This document shows positions 27,540-40,767 of a stretch of DNA of 64,000 nt, one piece after another. The stretch lies in the NCBI GenBank assembly GCA_964016885.1, contig OZ024758.1:5022001-5086000 (forward strand). The letters run 5' to 3'. The notes below the pieces were generated by a model, which saw nothing but the letters and a program-made list of their open reading frames with translations, was not told the DNA's origin and ran no database searches. Origin of the DNA: Eledone cirrhosa (Eukaryota). The translations under genes were made by a program, and so were the position numbers. The number at the start of each line of letters is the position of its first letter. Position 1 is the first letter of the stretch.

Positions 27540-27912
27540 TACGCACATCTATCTATCTCTCTCTATATATATGCACATATATATGCATATATATAGGCAT
27601 ATATGTATGCATATATATATATATGTATGCATATATATATATATGCATACATATATGCATACATATATGCATATATATATATATGCATACATATATGTAT
27701 ATATGCATACATATATATATATATATGCATACATATATATATATGCATACATATATATATATGCATACATATATGCATACATATATACATATATATATAT
27801 GCATACATATATACATATATATATATGCATACATATATACATATATATATATGCATATATATATATATATGCATAAATGTAAGCATATATATATATATGC
27901 CTACATTTATGC

Positions 27913-27943
<31 letters not shown>

Positions 27944-27966
27944 TATATGTACATAAATATATATAT
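27540..27966. repeat. compound (TA)n-GCATAC microsatellite
   Basis: Recurring ATATATGCATAC. Confidence 0.95.
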
Positions 27967-28254
27967 GTTGTATTTAATTATTATATACAGACTTTTCGTT
28001 GGTGCGTAAGAAAGTATGGCGAGAAATCAGATATACACGAATGGATTCCCTTTGGGAATATCTCCAAATGTCTTTTGCTCCACCTGACATAATTAGTCGC
28101 ACGAATTTATGTTTTCATTTCATAAATGTAACTGACAAAAACTACATCATTTTCATATAAATTTTTATTAGTCTTTTGTTTACCATCTATGACCAGAAAC
28201 TCATTCCATTGTGTTGTCATAACCGTCACTGATTATTTAGCTGTAGAGATTGGC

Positions 28255-28683
28255 AGTGGATTGGCAGTATCGGTCGAGGGTCGGACGCCATGCTTTCCAG
28301 CATAGTTACGTCCCTTTACGATCTGAGTTCAAATCCCGCCGAGGTTGACTTTGCCTTTCATCCTTACGGGGTCGATAAAATAAAGTACCAGTAATGCACT
28401 GGGTATTTGCTGGCCTTGTGCCTAAAGTAGAAACAATTATTTAGCTGTAGAGATATAGAGTTAAAGAAATGATATATCTTCTCATTGTGTATATGAAGCT
28501 ATGAAAACTTCAAGAGAAGTTTTTCAGTTGTTCTAAAATAACATAACTATATAATTGTTTCTACTTTAGGCACAAGGCCAGCAATTACCCAGTGCATTAC
28601 TGGTACTTTATTTTATCGACCCCGTGAGGATGAAAGGCAAAGTCAACCTCGGCGGGATTTGAACTCAGATCGTAAAGGGACGT
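28255..28683. mobile_element. inverted pair of main-family SINEs
   Basis: 28255-28440 (+, TSD ATTATTTAGCTGTAGAGAT) and 28552-28683 (-). Confidence 0.9.
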
Positions 28684-28684
28684 G

Positions 28685-28895
28685 GCCACAGGTGTGAGCC
28701 TCGCCGCGAGATGGAATGGCTCTTCCAGCGCATCTCCACCCTCCCCTTACCATCCTCCGGGGAAACGCTTTCTCCGTTCTGACCGCCGGGGCTGTGAGTA
28801 GGCCAGCACGTGGGACGACTCCATTTGCTCACTATACAGAGAGATGGGGAGGGCGTGAGAGATGGAGGAGATGACAGTGGGAGTTCGGCTCTTCC
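28685..28895 (+). mobile_element. CRE-clade LINE extreme 3' fragment
   Basis: CAGGTGTGAGCCTCG..GAGATGGAATGGCTCTTCCAGCGCATCTCC..ATCCTCCGGGGAAACGCTTTCTCC (EMEWLFQRIS..ILRGNAFS) and the same 3' UTR as 2400-2520. Confidence 0.8.
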
Positions 28896-28967
28896 ACGTC
28901 AGGACCATATCCTATATCCTTGTGGTTGTGTTTATTATCTATATAGAAAATTATTTATTCCCCTTCT

Positions 28968-29023
<56 letters not shown>

Positions 29024-29176
29024 AGAGCAAGAATTAGGGGCTCATTCTACTGACATGGCTTTAAAAGAGTCTGTTTGCATAATTTCAAACGAATCGAATA
29101 TTATTATTAATATTCGAAAAACTCAGATTACGTTTATTGTATTCAGCCATGGAGAGCGATAACCTTTTTTTTTTAG

Positions 29177-29246
<70 letters not shown>

Positions 29247-29514
29247 ATATATAAATTTGCTGGAATCATGTGCTGTGAGACAGAGCTCAATATGAATAGC
29301 TTGTCTGCTGTTTCTTGGTAAATGGGACATAGGAAATGTTTCATATTTCATGTTGAAGAAGGTTGCCTCGGTTTTCACAGCTTAATCAATCGTTTGTGTA
29401 GTTGTGGTTGTTTAAAACCATGTTAACCTTGACCGGGAGGGCAGGAGCTCGTCTGAGGAACAACTGCTTTGCAGATGAGGATTCGCCAACTGGGTATTCT
29501 TTTCACCTGCACAA

Positions 29515-29680
29515 GGGCAGTGATTAGCAGTAATCGGTAGAGCGTCAGACACCATGCTTTGCAGCATAGAGTTTAACTTTTAACCGCCGACGTTAACTTT
29601 GCCTTTCATCCTTACGGTGACGATAAAATAAAGTATCAGTGATGCACTGGGATATTTGCTGGCCTTGTGCCAAAAGTACT
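29515..29680 (+). mobile_element. main-family SINE, degenerate
   Basis: Head, Nin-type domain and tail with internal deletion. Confidence 0.8.
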
Positions 29681-29717
29681 GGCATTGATAAATATGCTGG
29701 GTCCGTCAACACTTATG

Positions 29718-29766
<49 letters not shown>

Positions 29767-29940
29767 CTATAAATCTCTCTATCTATCTATCTACCTATCT
29801 ATATATCTATATACTCTCTTACTTGGGTATCTTTTCGGCTTCACAGTATTTTCTGATAACATATTTCTCCATAGTACTGTCATTTGCTTCCCTTTTTCTG
29901 TTTACCATTTGCACACACGCACGCACACACACGCACACAC

Positions 29941-29984
<44 letters not shown>

Positions 29985-30962
29985 ATGTGTGTGTGTGTGT
30001 AGTCTGCATGTGTGCATATATGTGTGTATGTTTATATGTTTCTCAGTAACGTATGTAAATCTTCATTCGTTCGTGCTTTGATACGATCTTTCATCGTGAT
30101 TCTTTCATCATTCTCACCCTTCAATTTGTGGACATATGTACTAATAACCATTATTGTTATTCCCTTTAACGTTTTCACTCATGACATCTTCAGATCGCTT
30201 CTAGAACATCTCTGGTTTAGCTCTACATTATACTTCGTGTTTCCTTTATCATTCACCAGGTTTTATTTATGTATATCCTATCATTCATCATAGTAGATTC
30301 ACTACAAATGTCTCTCTATGTATCTTTTAATCGTTAACAAACTTAATCTTAGTCCTAACTCCGTCTCCAGCACTATTCTATTAGGAGTGTTCTTGCTTTT
30401 ATATAGTTTACTTTCAACATTTGTGTGTTTCTCTCTCATGTAAAAATACCTTGTCAAAATCATTTCTATTTCAAGATATTGTCACTGTCAGAGAAAATAT
30501 CTTGATAAATTGCAGATAGGCTGCGATTGTGAAAGCAGAAAACGAGGAGATAGAATTGGGGAAATAGATTTAAAAATAAAACAAGAAAAAATACAGAAAA
30601 AGCAAAATAGAAAAGAGTCCCCCAATGAAAGTTATTGTGCAAGAAAGTGGTAATGCACAGAATTGAATATTGATTGCTGTGACAATATACATAAAAGCTA
30701 TTTATATATCTATATTCTCTAATATGTAGATCGAGAGGAAAATGTCAAAAACCAAAGAACAAAACTATAACAGGCTTTATCAAAAGAATTCCAAATTTTA
30801 ACTGACAAAAATGGCAGCTACATTTTTTTCTTTACTTTTACACATCAGAAAAGATGACTGAAAAGTGATTCGTCTTAATGTTTGACCCAATATATTTTCT
30901 TTCTCAGTCTCTCTCTCTCTCTCCCTCCCTCTCTTTCTCTCTCGCTCACTCTGTATATATAT

Positions 30963-31078
30963 ATGGTGGTGAGTAGGGAGGTAGTCCTAGGGCTGAGGAC
31001 ACCAGAAGTTTCCACTGCCAAGGGTACAACCGCAAACCTGTCGGAGAACGACCAGTATTTTAAGAGTTTTGCCGCTGG
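30963..31078 (-). mobile_element. CRE-clade LINE fragment
   Basis: Minus strand translates KYWSFSDRFAVVPLAVETSGVLSPRTTSLLTT. Confidence 0.75.
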
Positions 31079-31409
31079 TATTGCTCATAACAATAAATCA
31101 TATTTAGTTTTAGAATTGTGGATTTGGATGCTGAAAATGATGTGCCATGGCCTCAGAATACATATCATTGTGGATGTCATGATGAAACAAATATCTCTCG
31201 GCTAGATGTCTGCTTATTTATTGACTCAGCCGCTTAGTTTTCTCGATGAAGATATATTGATCATAATTAGAGCTGTGTATACAAAGATTCTATTGATTTT
31301 TTTTTTCCTATTGAGATGAAATAAATACATAGCAAAAATCAAACACACGAATTAAAATCATATCTTTGATTTAAAAGTACCTTCAGAGTAGCAGCAATTT
31401 CTAGTAGAA

Positions 31410-31720
31410 TTATGATGGTCTTCTTCTCCTTCGTTTTCTTCATTTTCTTCGTTTCTTCTTTTTTTCTTCTTCTTTTCTTCTTCTTCTTCGTTTACTTCGT
31501 TTTCTTCTTTTCTTCTTTTCTTCTTCTTATTTTCTTCTTCTACGCTGCCGTTACCCCCCCCCCCCCCGCTAGCACAGCCACCACCACCACTTCCAGCAAC
31601 ACCACCAGCACAACCACAACTACCACCACCACTGACACCACCACCACCACTAACATGATACCATCCCATACATTCTTCTTCTTCTTCTTTTTCTCGTCAT
31701 CATCCCCCATCATCATCATG
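31410..31720. repeat. (TTC)n / (CCA)n low-complexity repeats
   Basis: Trinucleotide tracts. Confidence 0.9.
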
Positions 31721-31844
31721 ATCCTTATGTCGTGTCGTGGTAAGAGGTAATTATGTGAACTTGTTAGCTGAGTATTTCTCGGTCGTGTCCAGTGGAATTG
31801 TGACAGAAATTCAATGTCTATGTTCAATATTAATCTACTTTTAG

Positions 31845-32312
31845 GGCAGCGGATTGGCCGTACCGGTAGAGCGTCGGACAACATGCTTCGCAGCATAGAG
31901 TTACGGGCTTTCACGTTCTGTGTTCAAATCCTGCCGAGGTTAGCTTTGCCTTTCATCCTTACGTGGTCGATAAAATAAAGCACCAGTAATATACTGGGTC
32001 GATTTAATCGACTTTCCCCTCCCCTTAAAATTGCTGGCCCGCCCTGTGTCTAAAGTAGAAACAATATTGATCTACTTTATCGTTTCTACTTTAGGCACAG
32101 GATTGGCAGTATCAGTAGAAGGTTGGATGCCATGCTTTCCAGCATAGTTACGTCCCTTTACGGTCTGAGTTCAAATCCCGCTGAGGTTAGCTTTATCTTT
32201 CCTCCTTGAGGGGTCGATAAAATAATACCAGTAATGCACTGGGGTTGATTTCATCGACTATCCCCTCTCCCAAAATTGTTGGTCTTGTGCTTAAATCAGA
32301 TCAGGAACCAGT
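31845..32312 (+). mobile_element. two main-family SINEs in tandem
   Basis: 31845-32065 and 32101-32312, longer-tail variants. Confidence 0.85.
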
Positions 32313-33649
32313 ATCATGTTTAAGGCTTTCTAAATTTTCATATTTCAAAAGAACAGAGTAGACAATTATCGAATTTTATTATTAAATTAATTTCTATTTT
32401 ACAGCTGGTTTAATTACGTTGAATATTACAATTTTGCATCAATCTCTTTCATGAGCCATAACGAAACATTTCATATGGGTGCATAAATTATACTGAATAA
32501 ATCAACTAGAATTTGGGTTTGAGGTAATTTCATTATAGTTAATGACACAAACTTTTTCCTCTCAAGTTTGGCAGTTTCAGAATTATCTCTTGGGAACGAT
32601 ATTAATTTAGATTCATTTCCCGCAATGGGAAATCTCCTGCCTTATAAATCTGTCCGCTTAGATATTTTTCTCCGCTCTGCTTTTACAATTATTTTCAATT
32701 TTAAAACATTCCTTCTTTGTTTCAACTAGCATTAAAACAGTTACATTACATGCATCAAACATTAACTCATGAAGCTGATTATAGCAAAGAATAAAATATG
32801 ATTAAAATCGACTGAAAATTTTGAGGTTGTCTTTGGGAACATTTTTGATTGGTTCAATTATTAAAAAAATTTCTGTGAGAACAGATAAAAATAAAGAAAC
32901 GAAAATACTTTGGCTTAGATATAACAGAAACAAAAACTATATGAATGAAATATAATTCTATTGGTGGTGAGTTTCCAAAGGGAATTTAAAAATATTTTAA
33001 GAATAATTGTAATGTATTGCTGTGTTAATGTTACAATAAAATTATCAGTAAATAATATTTTATTATTTTACATCCAACATTTTGCTTCCATCTTTATATA
33101 CACCCACATATAAATGTGTATATACACGTATGTATAGTTAAATGATCAAAAACAAAACATGTTAAATTATATTTTGTATGAATAGTATGGAAAAAATACA
33201 AATGAAATATTCAATTTTCCTCAAGAAAAGGAGTAAAGACGAATAAGTGGTGCTTTATTGTTTAAATCTTGAATTCCATTTGACTAATTCTTAATAATAA
33301 GTGCCACTGATTACCATTTTTATGTCTTATTCGGAGGAATAAATATGGATCCACTAAGACTGGTGGGATGAGGAGAGTAAATTATTTTCAGTTCGAAGAC
33401 CTGGTTGAATAGCTTGTAATACAGTGAACTTTATTAAAGACACCTACAGTAGAAGTGGTGTTAAACCGGGTGACATCTAATGCTGGCTCATTATTCATCA
33501 ACATCTTACAATATGTTTGGCTCTGCAAATTTATCACGTATGGTCTCTCTATCCCTACTGCGATTCGTGTGATATACACACATATATACAGGCACACACA
33601 TACAAGTATACAGGCGCGCACACACAGACACACACATACATGTATACAG

Positions 33650-33692
<43 letters not shown>

Positions 33693-33724
33693 TACATACA
33701 TACATACATACATACATACATACA

Positions 33725-33756
<32 letters not shown>

Positions 33757-33769
33757 GTAATAATAATAA

Positions 33770-33985
33770 ATTTGAAGACTAAAATCCAAAGAGGGCTCGA
33801 TAAGGATAAATATATATCAAATATATAAGAACCGTAGAGCAAATATTTATTAAAATAACAGATTAAAGTTTAAACAAAGAATCGCTCATTCACCCTTAAC
33901 GGGATCTTCTGAAACTCTATATAGTTTGTGTGTGTATAAATTTGTAGAGCCAAACATAACACTTAACGGGATCTTTTGAAACCTA
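33770..33985 (-). mobile_element. Penelope-like family B terminus
   Basis: AATTTGAAGACTAAAATCCAAAGAGGGCTCGATAAGG...CACCCTTAACGGGATCTTCTGAAACTC; same as 24958, 50635 and 59138; between microsatellites. Confidence 0.55.
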
Positions 33986-34639
33986 TATATATATATATAT
34001 ACATATATACAGGCACACACACACATACACACATAGACAGAAAGAGATATATCTATACAAGAAGTTTTAATCAGTAGCTGGAGTTCAAGCAACACGCTTT
34101 CTACAAAAATAGATTTTTTTTTTTTCATTAATACCATGAGATAAAATGGCAGCTTAATCGAATGATCGATGGTATTATGTGTAGATATATCTGAAATACC
34201 TTCTTGTTGTTGTTGAGGTCATCCCTGATTAAGCCAATCTATGATTAAAAGCATTCCAACGTGACAATGCTGTCTTTTTTATTTCTGACAGAGTTTATCT
34301 AAGACTACTTTATTCAATGTGTGAATTGAGAACAATCTAATAGTTATTTCTACCAGAAATCACAGCCGTGTGTCAGTTCCTTTGTTGGTTAGTAATTGTT
34401 AGGGAGTTCTTTTGTATACACCAGGAAACATGGCAGCACGCCAAGCTGCGTTTAACATTTCTCTATATATTCTGACTTGGCATGCGAACTTTTATCTTCA
34501 CTAGTCTTATCTAATATATTTGTAGAGGATCCGATCCAATACTAAATTGATTGTTATTTTGTATGCATACAAACATTTGCTTGCTTGTGTTTCTGTTTAA
34601 GTAAAGAGTTAGGTCTTAATTTTACAGCTATGTAATAAA

Positions 34640-34897
34640 AATGTATGTATGGTCCCGTAACTCCTGATAGTCGTAGGGGCGCTGTGTTGACATACGGCGT
34701 TTTAGGGGCATTTTAAGCTTGGCGGATCCCTGATTTCTTTCAAAGAGACGAAAAATCAACCCCAGTGCTAGACTGGTACTTTTTTTTATCAACCTCGATG
34801 GGATGAAAGGCAAAGTTGTCCTAGGTTGGATTTGAACTCCGAGAGCAGCGAACCGGAACGAATACCATAAAGCATTCTATCCGCCTATTCGCCGCCT
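34640..34897 (-). mobile_element. SINE, alternative-tail subfamily with TSD
   Basis: Flanked by CTATGTAATAAAAAT repeats; tail ending (CATA)n on the element strand. Confidence 0.8.
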
Positions 34898-35757
34898 ATG
34901 TAATAAAAATACACAAGGTTAAAAACTAACTTTTTTATTCAGATTAACAATGACGTGCTTTCTTTGTCACTCACTCAGCAGCTAAATATTTCCCAAATTA
35001 ATCCCTACTGTCTCAGATAAGAAAAAGCCGTTGCATAATTCTTTAAAGACGAAACTGTCAAGTTTAGAATGCAGTTTGATAATACCTCTGTTCAACTAGG
35101 TCTCACCTGGGACTAATTAAACACAATCTCTCACTGTAAAACCATTTTTTACATGCAAACACAATGCATACACATATGAAGTGTTTCGAAAAGAATAATT
35201 GAAGTGAATAAGCATCAAACTTCGATCGTATTAGCATAAATATAAATTTCTTAGTAACAAATGAAGATGTGGATTTACATTAGAACGAAAATGATTGGTT
35301 CATTAATTTCCTCTTAACATTCGCTGTTTCATTTGTGGATATTGTCAGTATCTTTCAGAAAATATATTGTCATCACACAACATAATTTTTCCCTTTTCTG
35401 TACATACAGGGAGTTGTATCTTGTGAAACATGGTCGATACTGTACCTAGCAGCCATCGTTGTGCTACTATTATACAAACTGTTGAGATTCTATCAATGTT
35501 GCCTAATACAGAGATTGTTTCCTAAAAAACACTCTATATAGGCGTATAAAAATTATTGCAGGAAATAAATTCATAGACATACATTAACCGGAAACCTGGA
35601 ACTATGTGAAAACCAGTTGGAGGGCCAATCCCAGATCTTAGCTGTTAGATTTAACACATCGATGTAACCAAATAGCTCTTGGATAAATTCAGCGGAGTTC
35701 ACTCTATTGCAAGCATTAGAGACTAATCTCCGCTCTGAGAATAGCGTTTTCATTTGA

Positions 35758-35936
35758 CAGACCTGTCAATTCTCTCCGTCCGACGGGAGATCTCCCATCC
35801 ACTTTAGGGTTGGTGAGAGATGTCTTCTCTTGTGAAAATGGCTATAGCTTTCATTATGTAAAATCTTCCCATTTCGCCTCATTTCTCCCCTTTTTGGAGC
35901 ACGTTATTTCCTGGTACTCCCCATTTGGGTTTTTAG
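35758..35936 (+). mobile_element. hAT-like MITE (family of 37738)
   Basis: CAGACCTGTCAA start and co-linear body; right TIR missing. Confidence 0.75.
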
Positions 35937-36660
35937 ATGTGAGAACCAGTTGGAGGGGCGATCCCAGATCTTAGGTGCTAGATTTAACACATAGATGTAA
36001 CAACATAGCTCTTGGATAAATTTAGCGGAGTTCACACTATTGGAAGCATTGATGGCTGCAAACTCTGAGCATTGCAATCGCTTGTCAGATTTAGATGTGT
36101 GACGCTCGGATATGACGCTCCCTGTCTTGAGGTCCTGCATTAGGTTGCCCGTGAACCCCCACAACACTGTGGAGATCATAGTTCACTGGAAGCATTATAG
36201 ACTAATCTACAGACAGAATAATGTCTTCATTTGATCCCTTGATTTCAGGCACTTTGAGAAAGATCGCTGCCCTCCCCTTACTTCTTTCTCCGCCTAAATG
36301 TAAAAAGAAATAGAAAATGCTTTATGCATTTAGCATTCAGTCAACTGTAATAAAGTATATTTTGTTAAACCCCGCCACCACCAACTGATGTATTGTCATA
36401 TTAGAGTCGACGAGCCTCCCTGAGGTTTTATGTGAGGAACATATGAAAAAGCCATTACAATTAAGATGAGTAAGAAAATACATCAAACAGCAGCTGAAAC
36501 AATATCACAAGAACATAGTAGTAAGAACTTAGTATGTACAGTTCAAATGTAGTTTATAATTTACATAGAGAGTAGAACATAGATATTTCTCTAAGATATA
36601 TGCCAAAATTATTAAAAACATTTTGAACTTAATAAATATACGTCATTATTATTATTATCA

Positions 36661-37025
36661 TTACGGGGTCGATAAAATAAAGTACCAGTAATGTACTGGG
36701 TAATTGCTGGCCTTGAACCTAAAGTAGAAACAATTATTATTATTATCATTAATAATTAATTAATAATTATCAATCCCGCCGAGGTTAACTTTGCCTTTCA
36801 TCCTTTCGGGGTCGATAACATAAAGTACCAGTCACGGACTGGGGTCGATTTAATCGACTTCACCCTCCCCCAAAATTGCTGGCCTTGTGCCTATATAAGA
36901 AACCATTATTATTATTATTATTTTTAGGTTATCTTAGCCTTTCATCCTTATGGGGTCGATAAAATAAAGTACCAGTAATGCACCGGGATAATTGCTGGCC
37001 TTGTGCCAAAAGTAGAAACAATTAT
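36661..37025 (+). mobile_element. three 5'-truncated SINE tails in tandem
   Basis: 36661-36737, 36773-36906 and 36927-37025, each ending in (ATT)n. Confidence 0.85.
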
Positions 37026-37395
37026 TATTTTGTTAGCTAAAAATATCTACGTTTAACTCTCTAAGATAAATACCAAAATTATTTTTAAAATTTGAACTTA
37101 ATAAATATAGAAGCGTTTAATACATACGTTATTTTTTACTTAGATAAAAATGCGCTCTTAGATTATTTTTAGCACATAAGAGCAATATAAGAACGGATAA
37201 AATACTTAGCAATATTCACTTGCGTTCAAAATTCATACAGAAGTATTCTTTGTCTTTCATCTTTCCAGAATTGGTAAGAGAAGTGCCAGTCAAATACTTT
37301 CGTTAATATAATTAACTGTAAAGTTTCTCTTGAAATAACGGTCTTCTGCGAAAGTTAAAAATCAATATTATTGCGTCCATAAACCATTATAAATC

Positions 37396-37586
37396 CGGCG
37401 GATTGGCAGTATCGGTAGAGGGTCAGACGCCATGCTTTGCAGCATAGACTTACGGCCCTTTATGATCTGAGTTCAAATCCCATCGTGGTTAACGTTGCCT
37501 TTCATCCTTACGGAGTCGATAAAATAAAGTACCAGTAATGCACTGGGACAATTTCTGGCCTTGTGCCAAAAGTAGAAACAATTATT
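37396..37586 (+). mobile_element. main-family SINE, full length
   Basis: A box, B box, Nin-type domain and tail. Confidence 0.9.
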
Positions 37587-37737
37587 AACTACGTCATTCT
37601 GAGGGGGAATGGTGAAAAACTATTTGAGAAGGAGTTCTTCGTTTGTTGAGATACAAAATAATTAAAATATACTGAAAATAATTAAATTGCAATGCGGAGA
37701 ATGAAACGGTCTAATTATTAATAATTAATTATTTCAT

Positions 37738-37933
37738 CAGACGTGTCAACTCTCCCCGTCCGACGGGGAGATCTCCCACCCACTTTGGTGTGGATGAGAG
37801 ATGTCTTCTCTTGTGAAAATGGGTCTAGCTTTCATTATGTAAAAATCTTCCCATTTTGCCTCATTTCTCCCAGTTTTGGGGCACTTTTTTTCATGGTACT
37901 CCCTGTTTGGGTTTTTAGAGGTTGGTAAGTCTG
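37738..37933 (+). mobile_element. complete ~195-bp hAT-like MITE
   Basis: Imperfect TIRs CAGACGTGTCAAC / GTTGGTAAGTCTG; no clean 8-bp TSD, so the superfamily call is tentative. Confidence 0.7.
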
Positions 37934-38196
37934 TGATTAACTGTATCATTCTGTAGGAGAGGGGTGAAGAAGTTCTTCGTTTGGAGAGATACAAATATTT
38001 TATATACAAAACAATTAAAATATACTGAAAATAATTAAATTGTAATGAGTGGAATGAAATGGTCTAATTATCAATTATTAATTAATAATTATAATTATTG
38101 ATTATTTACTTTGAAGAATAAACTGCTTATGAAAAGCCATTGAGATAATAGGTAAATAGTTGAGCAGTATCTAATAAAAACAAAACACTATTAAAG

Positions 38197-38738
38197 CAGA
38201 GCTGCCAACCTCTAAAGACCCAAACGGGGAGTACCATGAAGTAAAGTGCCCCCAAACGGAGTACCATGAAATAAAGTGCCCCCAAGCGGGGAGTACCATG
38301 AAATAAAGTGCCCCCAAACGGAGTACCATGAAATAAAGTGCCCCCAAACGGGGAGTACCATGATATAAAGTGCCTCCAAACGGGGAGGTCCATGAAATAA
38401 AGTGCCCCCAAACGGGGAGTACCATGATATAAAGTGCCTCCAAACGGGGAGGACCATGAAATAAAGTGCCCCAAAACGGGGAGGACCATGAAATAAAGTG
38501 CCCCCAAACGAGGAGGACCATGAAATAAAGTGCCTCCAAACGGGGAGGACCATGAAATAAAGTGCCCCCAAACGGGGAGGACCATGAAATAAAGTGCCCC
38601 CAAACGGGGAGTACCATGATATAAAGTGCCCCCAAACGGGGAGGACCATGAAATAAAGTGACTCCAAACGGGGAGTACCATGAAATAAAGTGCCCCCAAA
38701 CGGGAAGAAACGAAGGGGGATGGGGAGATTTTCTATAA
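38197..38738 (-). repeat. same MITE with a 32-bp internal segment amplified 15 times
   Basis: TIR CAGAGCTGCCAAC, then (CAAACGGGGAGTACCATGAAATAAAGTGCCCC) x15 at 38221-38696, then the MITE body resumes. Confidence 0.9.
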
Positions 38739-38921
38739 TGGTTTCTTATATAGGCACAAGGCCAGCAATTTTGGCGGAGGGGAAAGTCGATTAAATCGAC
38801 CTCGTAAGGATGAAAGGCAAAGTTAACCTCGGCGGAATATGAACTCAGACAGTAAAGGGGCGTAACTCTATGCTGCAAAGCATGGTGTCCGACCCTCTAC
38901 CGGTACTGTCAATCCACCGCC
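38735..38921 (-). mobile_element. main-family SINE
   Basis: Head, partial Nin-type domain and tail. Confidence 0.85.
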
Positions 38922-38944
38922 CTACACCTAGTACAATAACAACT

Positions 38945-39104
38945 TTTACTGCTATTACTACTACTACTACTATTGCTGCTGCTATTACTACTACTGCTGT
39001 TGTTGTTGCTTCTACTACAATTACTACTGCCACTACTACTACTATTATTGCTGCTGCTATTACTACTACTGCTGTTGTTGTTGCTTCTACTACAATTACT
39101 ACTG

Positions 39105-39152
<48 letters not shown>

Positions 39153-39600
39153 TTATTGCTGCTGTAATTACTGCTGTTGTTGTTGCTTCTACTACTACTA
39201 CTACTACTACTACTACTATTGCTGCTGCTATTACTACTACTGCTGTTGTTGTTGCTTCTACTACAATTACTACTGCCACTACTACTACTACTGCTGCTGC
39301 TATTACTACTACTGCTGTTGTTGTTGCTTCTACTACTACTACTACTACTATTGCTGCTGCTATTACTACTACTGCTGTTGTTGTTGCTATTATACTACTA
39401 CTGCTGTTGTTGTTGCTTCTACTACAATTACTACTGCTGCTACTACTACTACTGCTGCTGCTATTACTACTACTGCTGTTGTTGTTGCTTCTACTACTAC
39501 TACTACTACTATTGCTGCTGCTATTACTACTACTGCTGTTGTTGTTGCTATTATACTACTACTGCTGTTGTTGTTGCTTCTACTACAATTACTACTGCTG

Positions 39601-39634
<34 letters not shown>
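38945..39634. repeat. compound trinucleotide repeat (ACT/GCT/GTT)
   Basis: Higher-order ACTACTACTGCTGTTGTTGTTGCTTCT units; source of the poly-L and poly-T ORFs. Confidence 0.95.
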
Positions 39635-40137
39635 AGTCAAATATTCCTTGTTTAACCGTACACGCATATTTCCCATCACCTCAGTCAGTAGCGAGATCTG
39701 TGATTAATCACAAACACTTCCATCGTACTGGATGAGGTTATCAGCTTTTTCTCCCTTTCTCTCTCTTTCTCTCACAAACACATCCTTACACACACACGTA
39801 CACACACACTGGAGCACTGCATTTTATATCTCATTGGGCTAATTCTATCCTTTCTTTGAACTGCCTTCAGCTGCCACAGTTTCATTCTATTTTTGCTATA
39901 ACATCTCAGCCTTTTTAAACCAACCTTTTCTTTCCGTACCAAGGTTTTGTTCGTTTGCCTTTATACTGTGAAAACCGATTGTTATGAAATGATCGCTTTG
40001 GGATGCCGAAGCCATTTTCGAAAACATTAACCAGCTGATAACATTGAAGAAAGGGTGTTACAATATCTGAATATTTGATTAAAAAATAAGGGATTTTTCA
40101 TCATTTAAAATAATTTTCACAAAAATGTACACACCAT

Positions 40138-40422
40138 TTTAATAAACGGTTTTTTTTATGTTCAGATAAACACACAATATACACACAATATACACAGATA
40201 AACACACAATATACACATCATATTAATAAACGGTTTTTTTACGTTCAGATAAACACACAATATACACACAATATACACAGATAAACACACAATATACACA
40301 TATTAATAAACGGTTTTTTTACGTTCAGATAAACACACAATATACACACAATAAACACACAATATACACATCATATACACATCATATACACATCATATTA
40401 ATAAACGGTTTTACGTTCAGAT
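40138..40422. repeat. ~80-bp tandem repeat, about 4 copies
   Basis: TTAATAAACGGTTTTTTTACGTTCAGATAAACACACAATATACAC recurring. Confidence 0.9.
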
Positions 40423-40423
40423 A

Positions 40424-40767
40424 GGCAGCGAATTGGCAGAGTCGTTAGAACGTCGGATATAATGCTTTATGGTATTTGTTCTGGCTCTCTGAGTTCAAAT
40501 CCCGCCGAGGTTAACTTTGCCTTTCATCTTTTTGAGGTCGATAAAAAAATACCAGTCTAGTACTGGAGTCGATTCTTCCTCTCTATATCTATATCTCTTT
40601 CTCATTCCCTCTCCCTCTCTTTATATCTTTCACTGGAAGAAATCTGCTGTACTGGAGAGAGATGGGTTCCGCCAGGCTTAAAATGCCCAAGAAACGCCGT
40701 ATGTCAATACGGCGCCCCTACGACTCTCTCAGCAGTTACAAGACTATACATATACATACATACATAC
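40424..40767 (+). mobile_element. SINE, alternative-tail subfamily, full length
   Basis: tRNA-like head, Nin-type domain, then a distinct ~200-bp tail ending (CATA)n; tail-only copy at 47280-47395 (-). Confidence 0.85.

Noticed and set aside
38127-38878. Long ORFs of 151-235 aa with repeated peptides
   Set aside because: All three minus frames stay open only because the 32-bp repeat lacks stops; the sequence derives from a MITE.
38845-39707. Mucin-like Thr/Ala-rich or poly-Leu ORFs
   Set aside because: Compound trinucleotide repeat starting inside a SINE; no splice or domain support.
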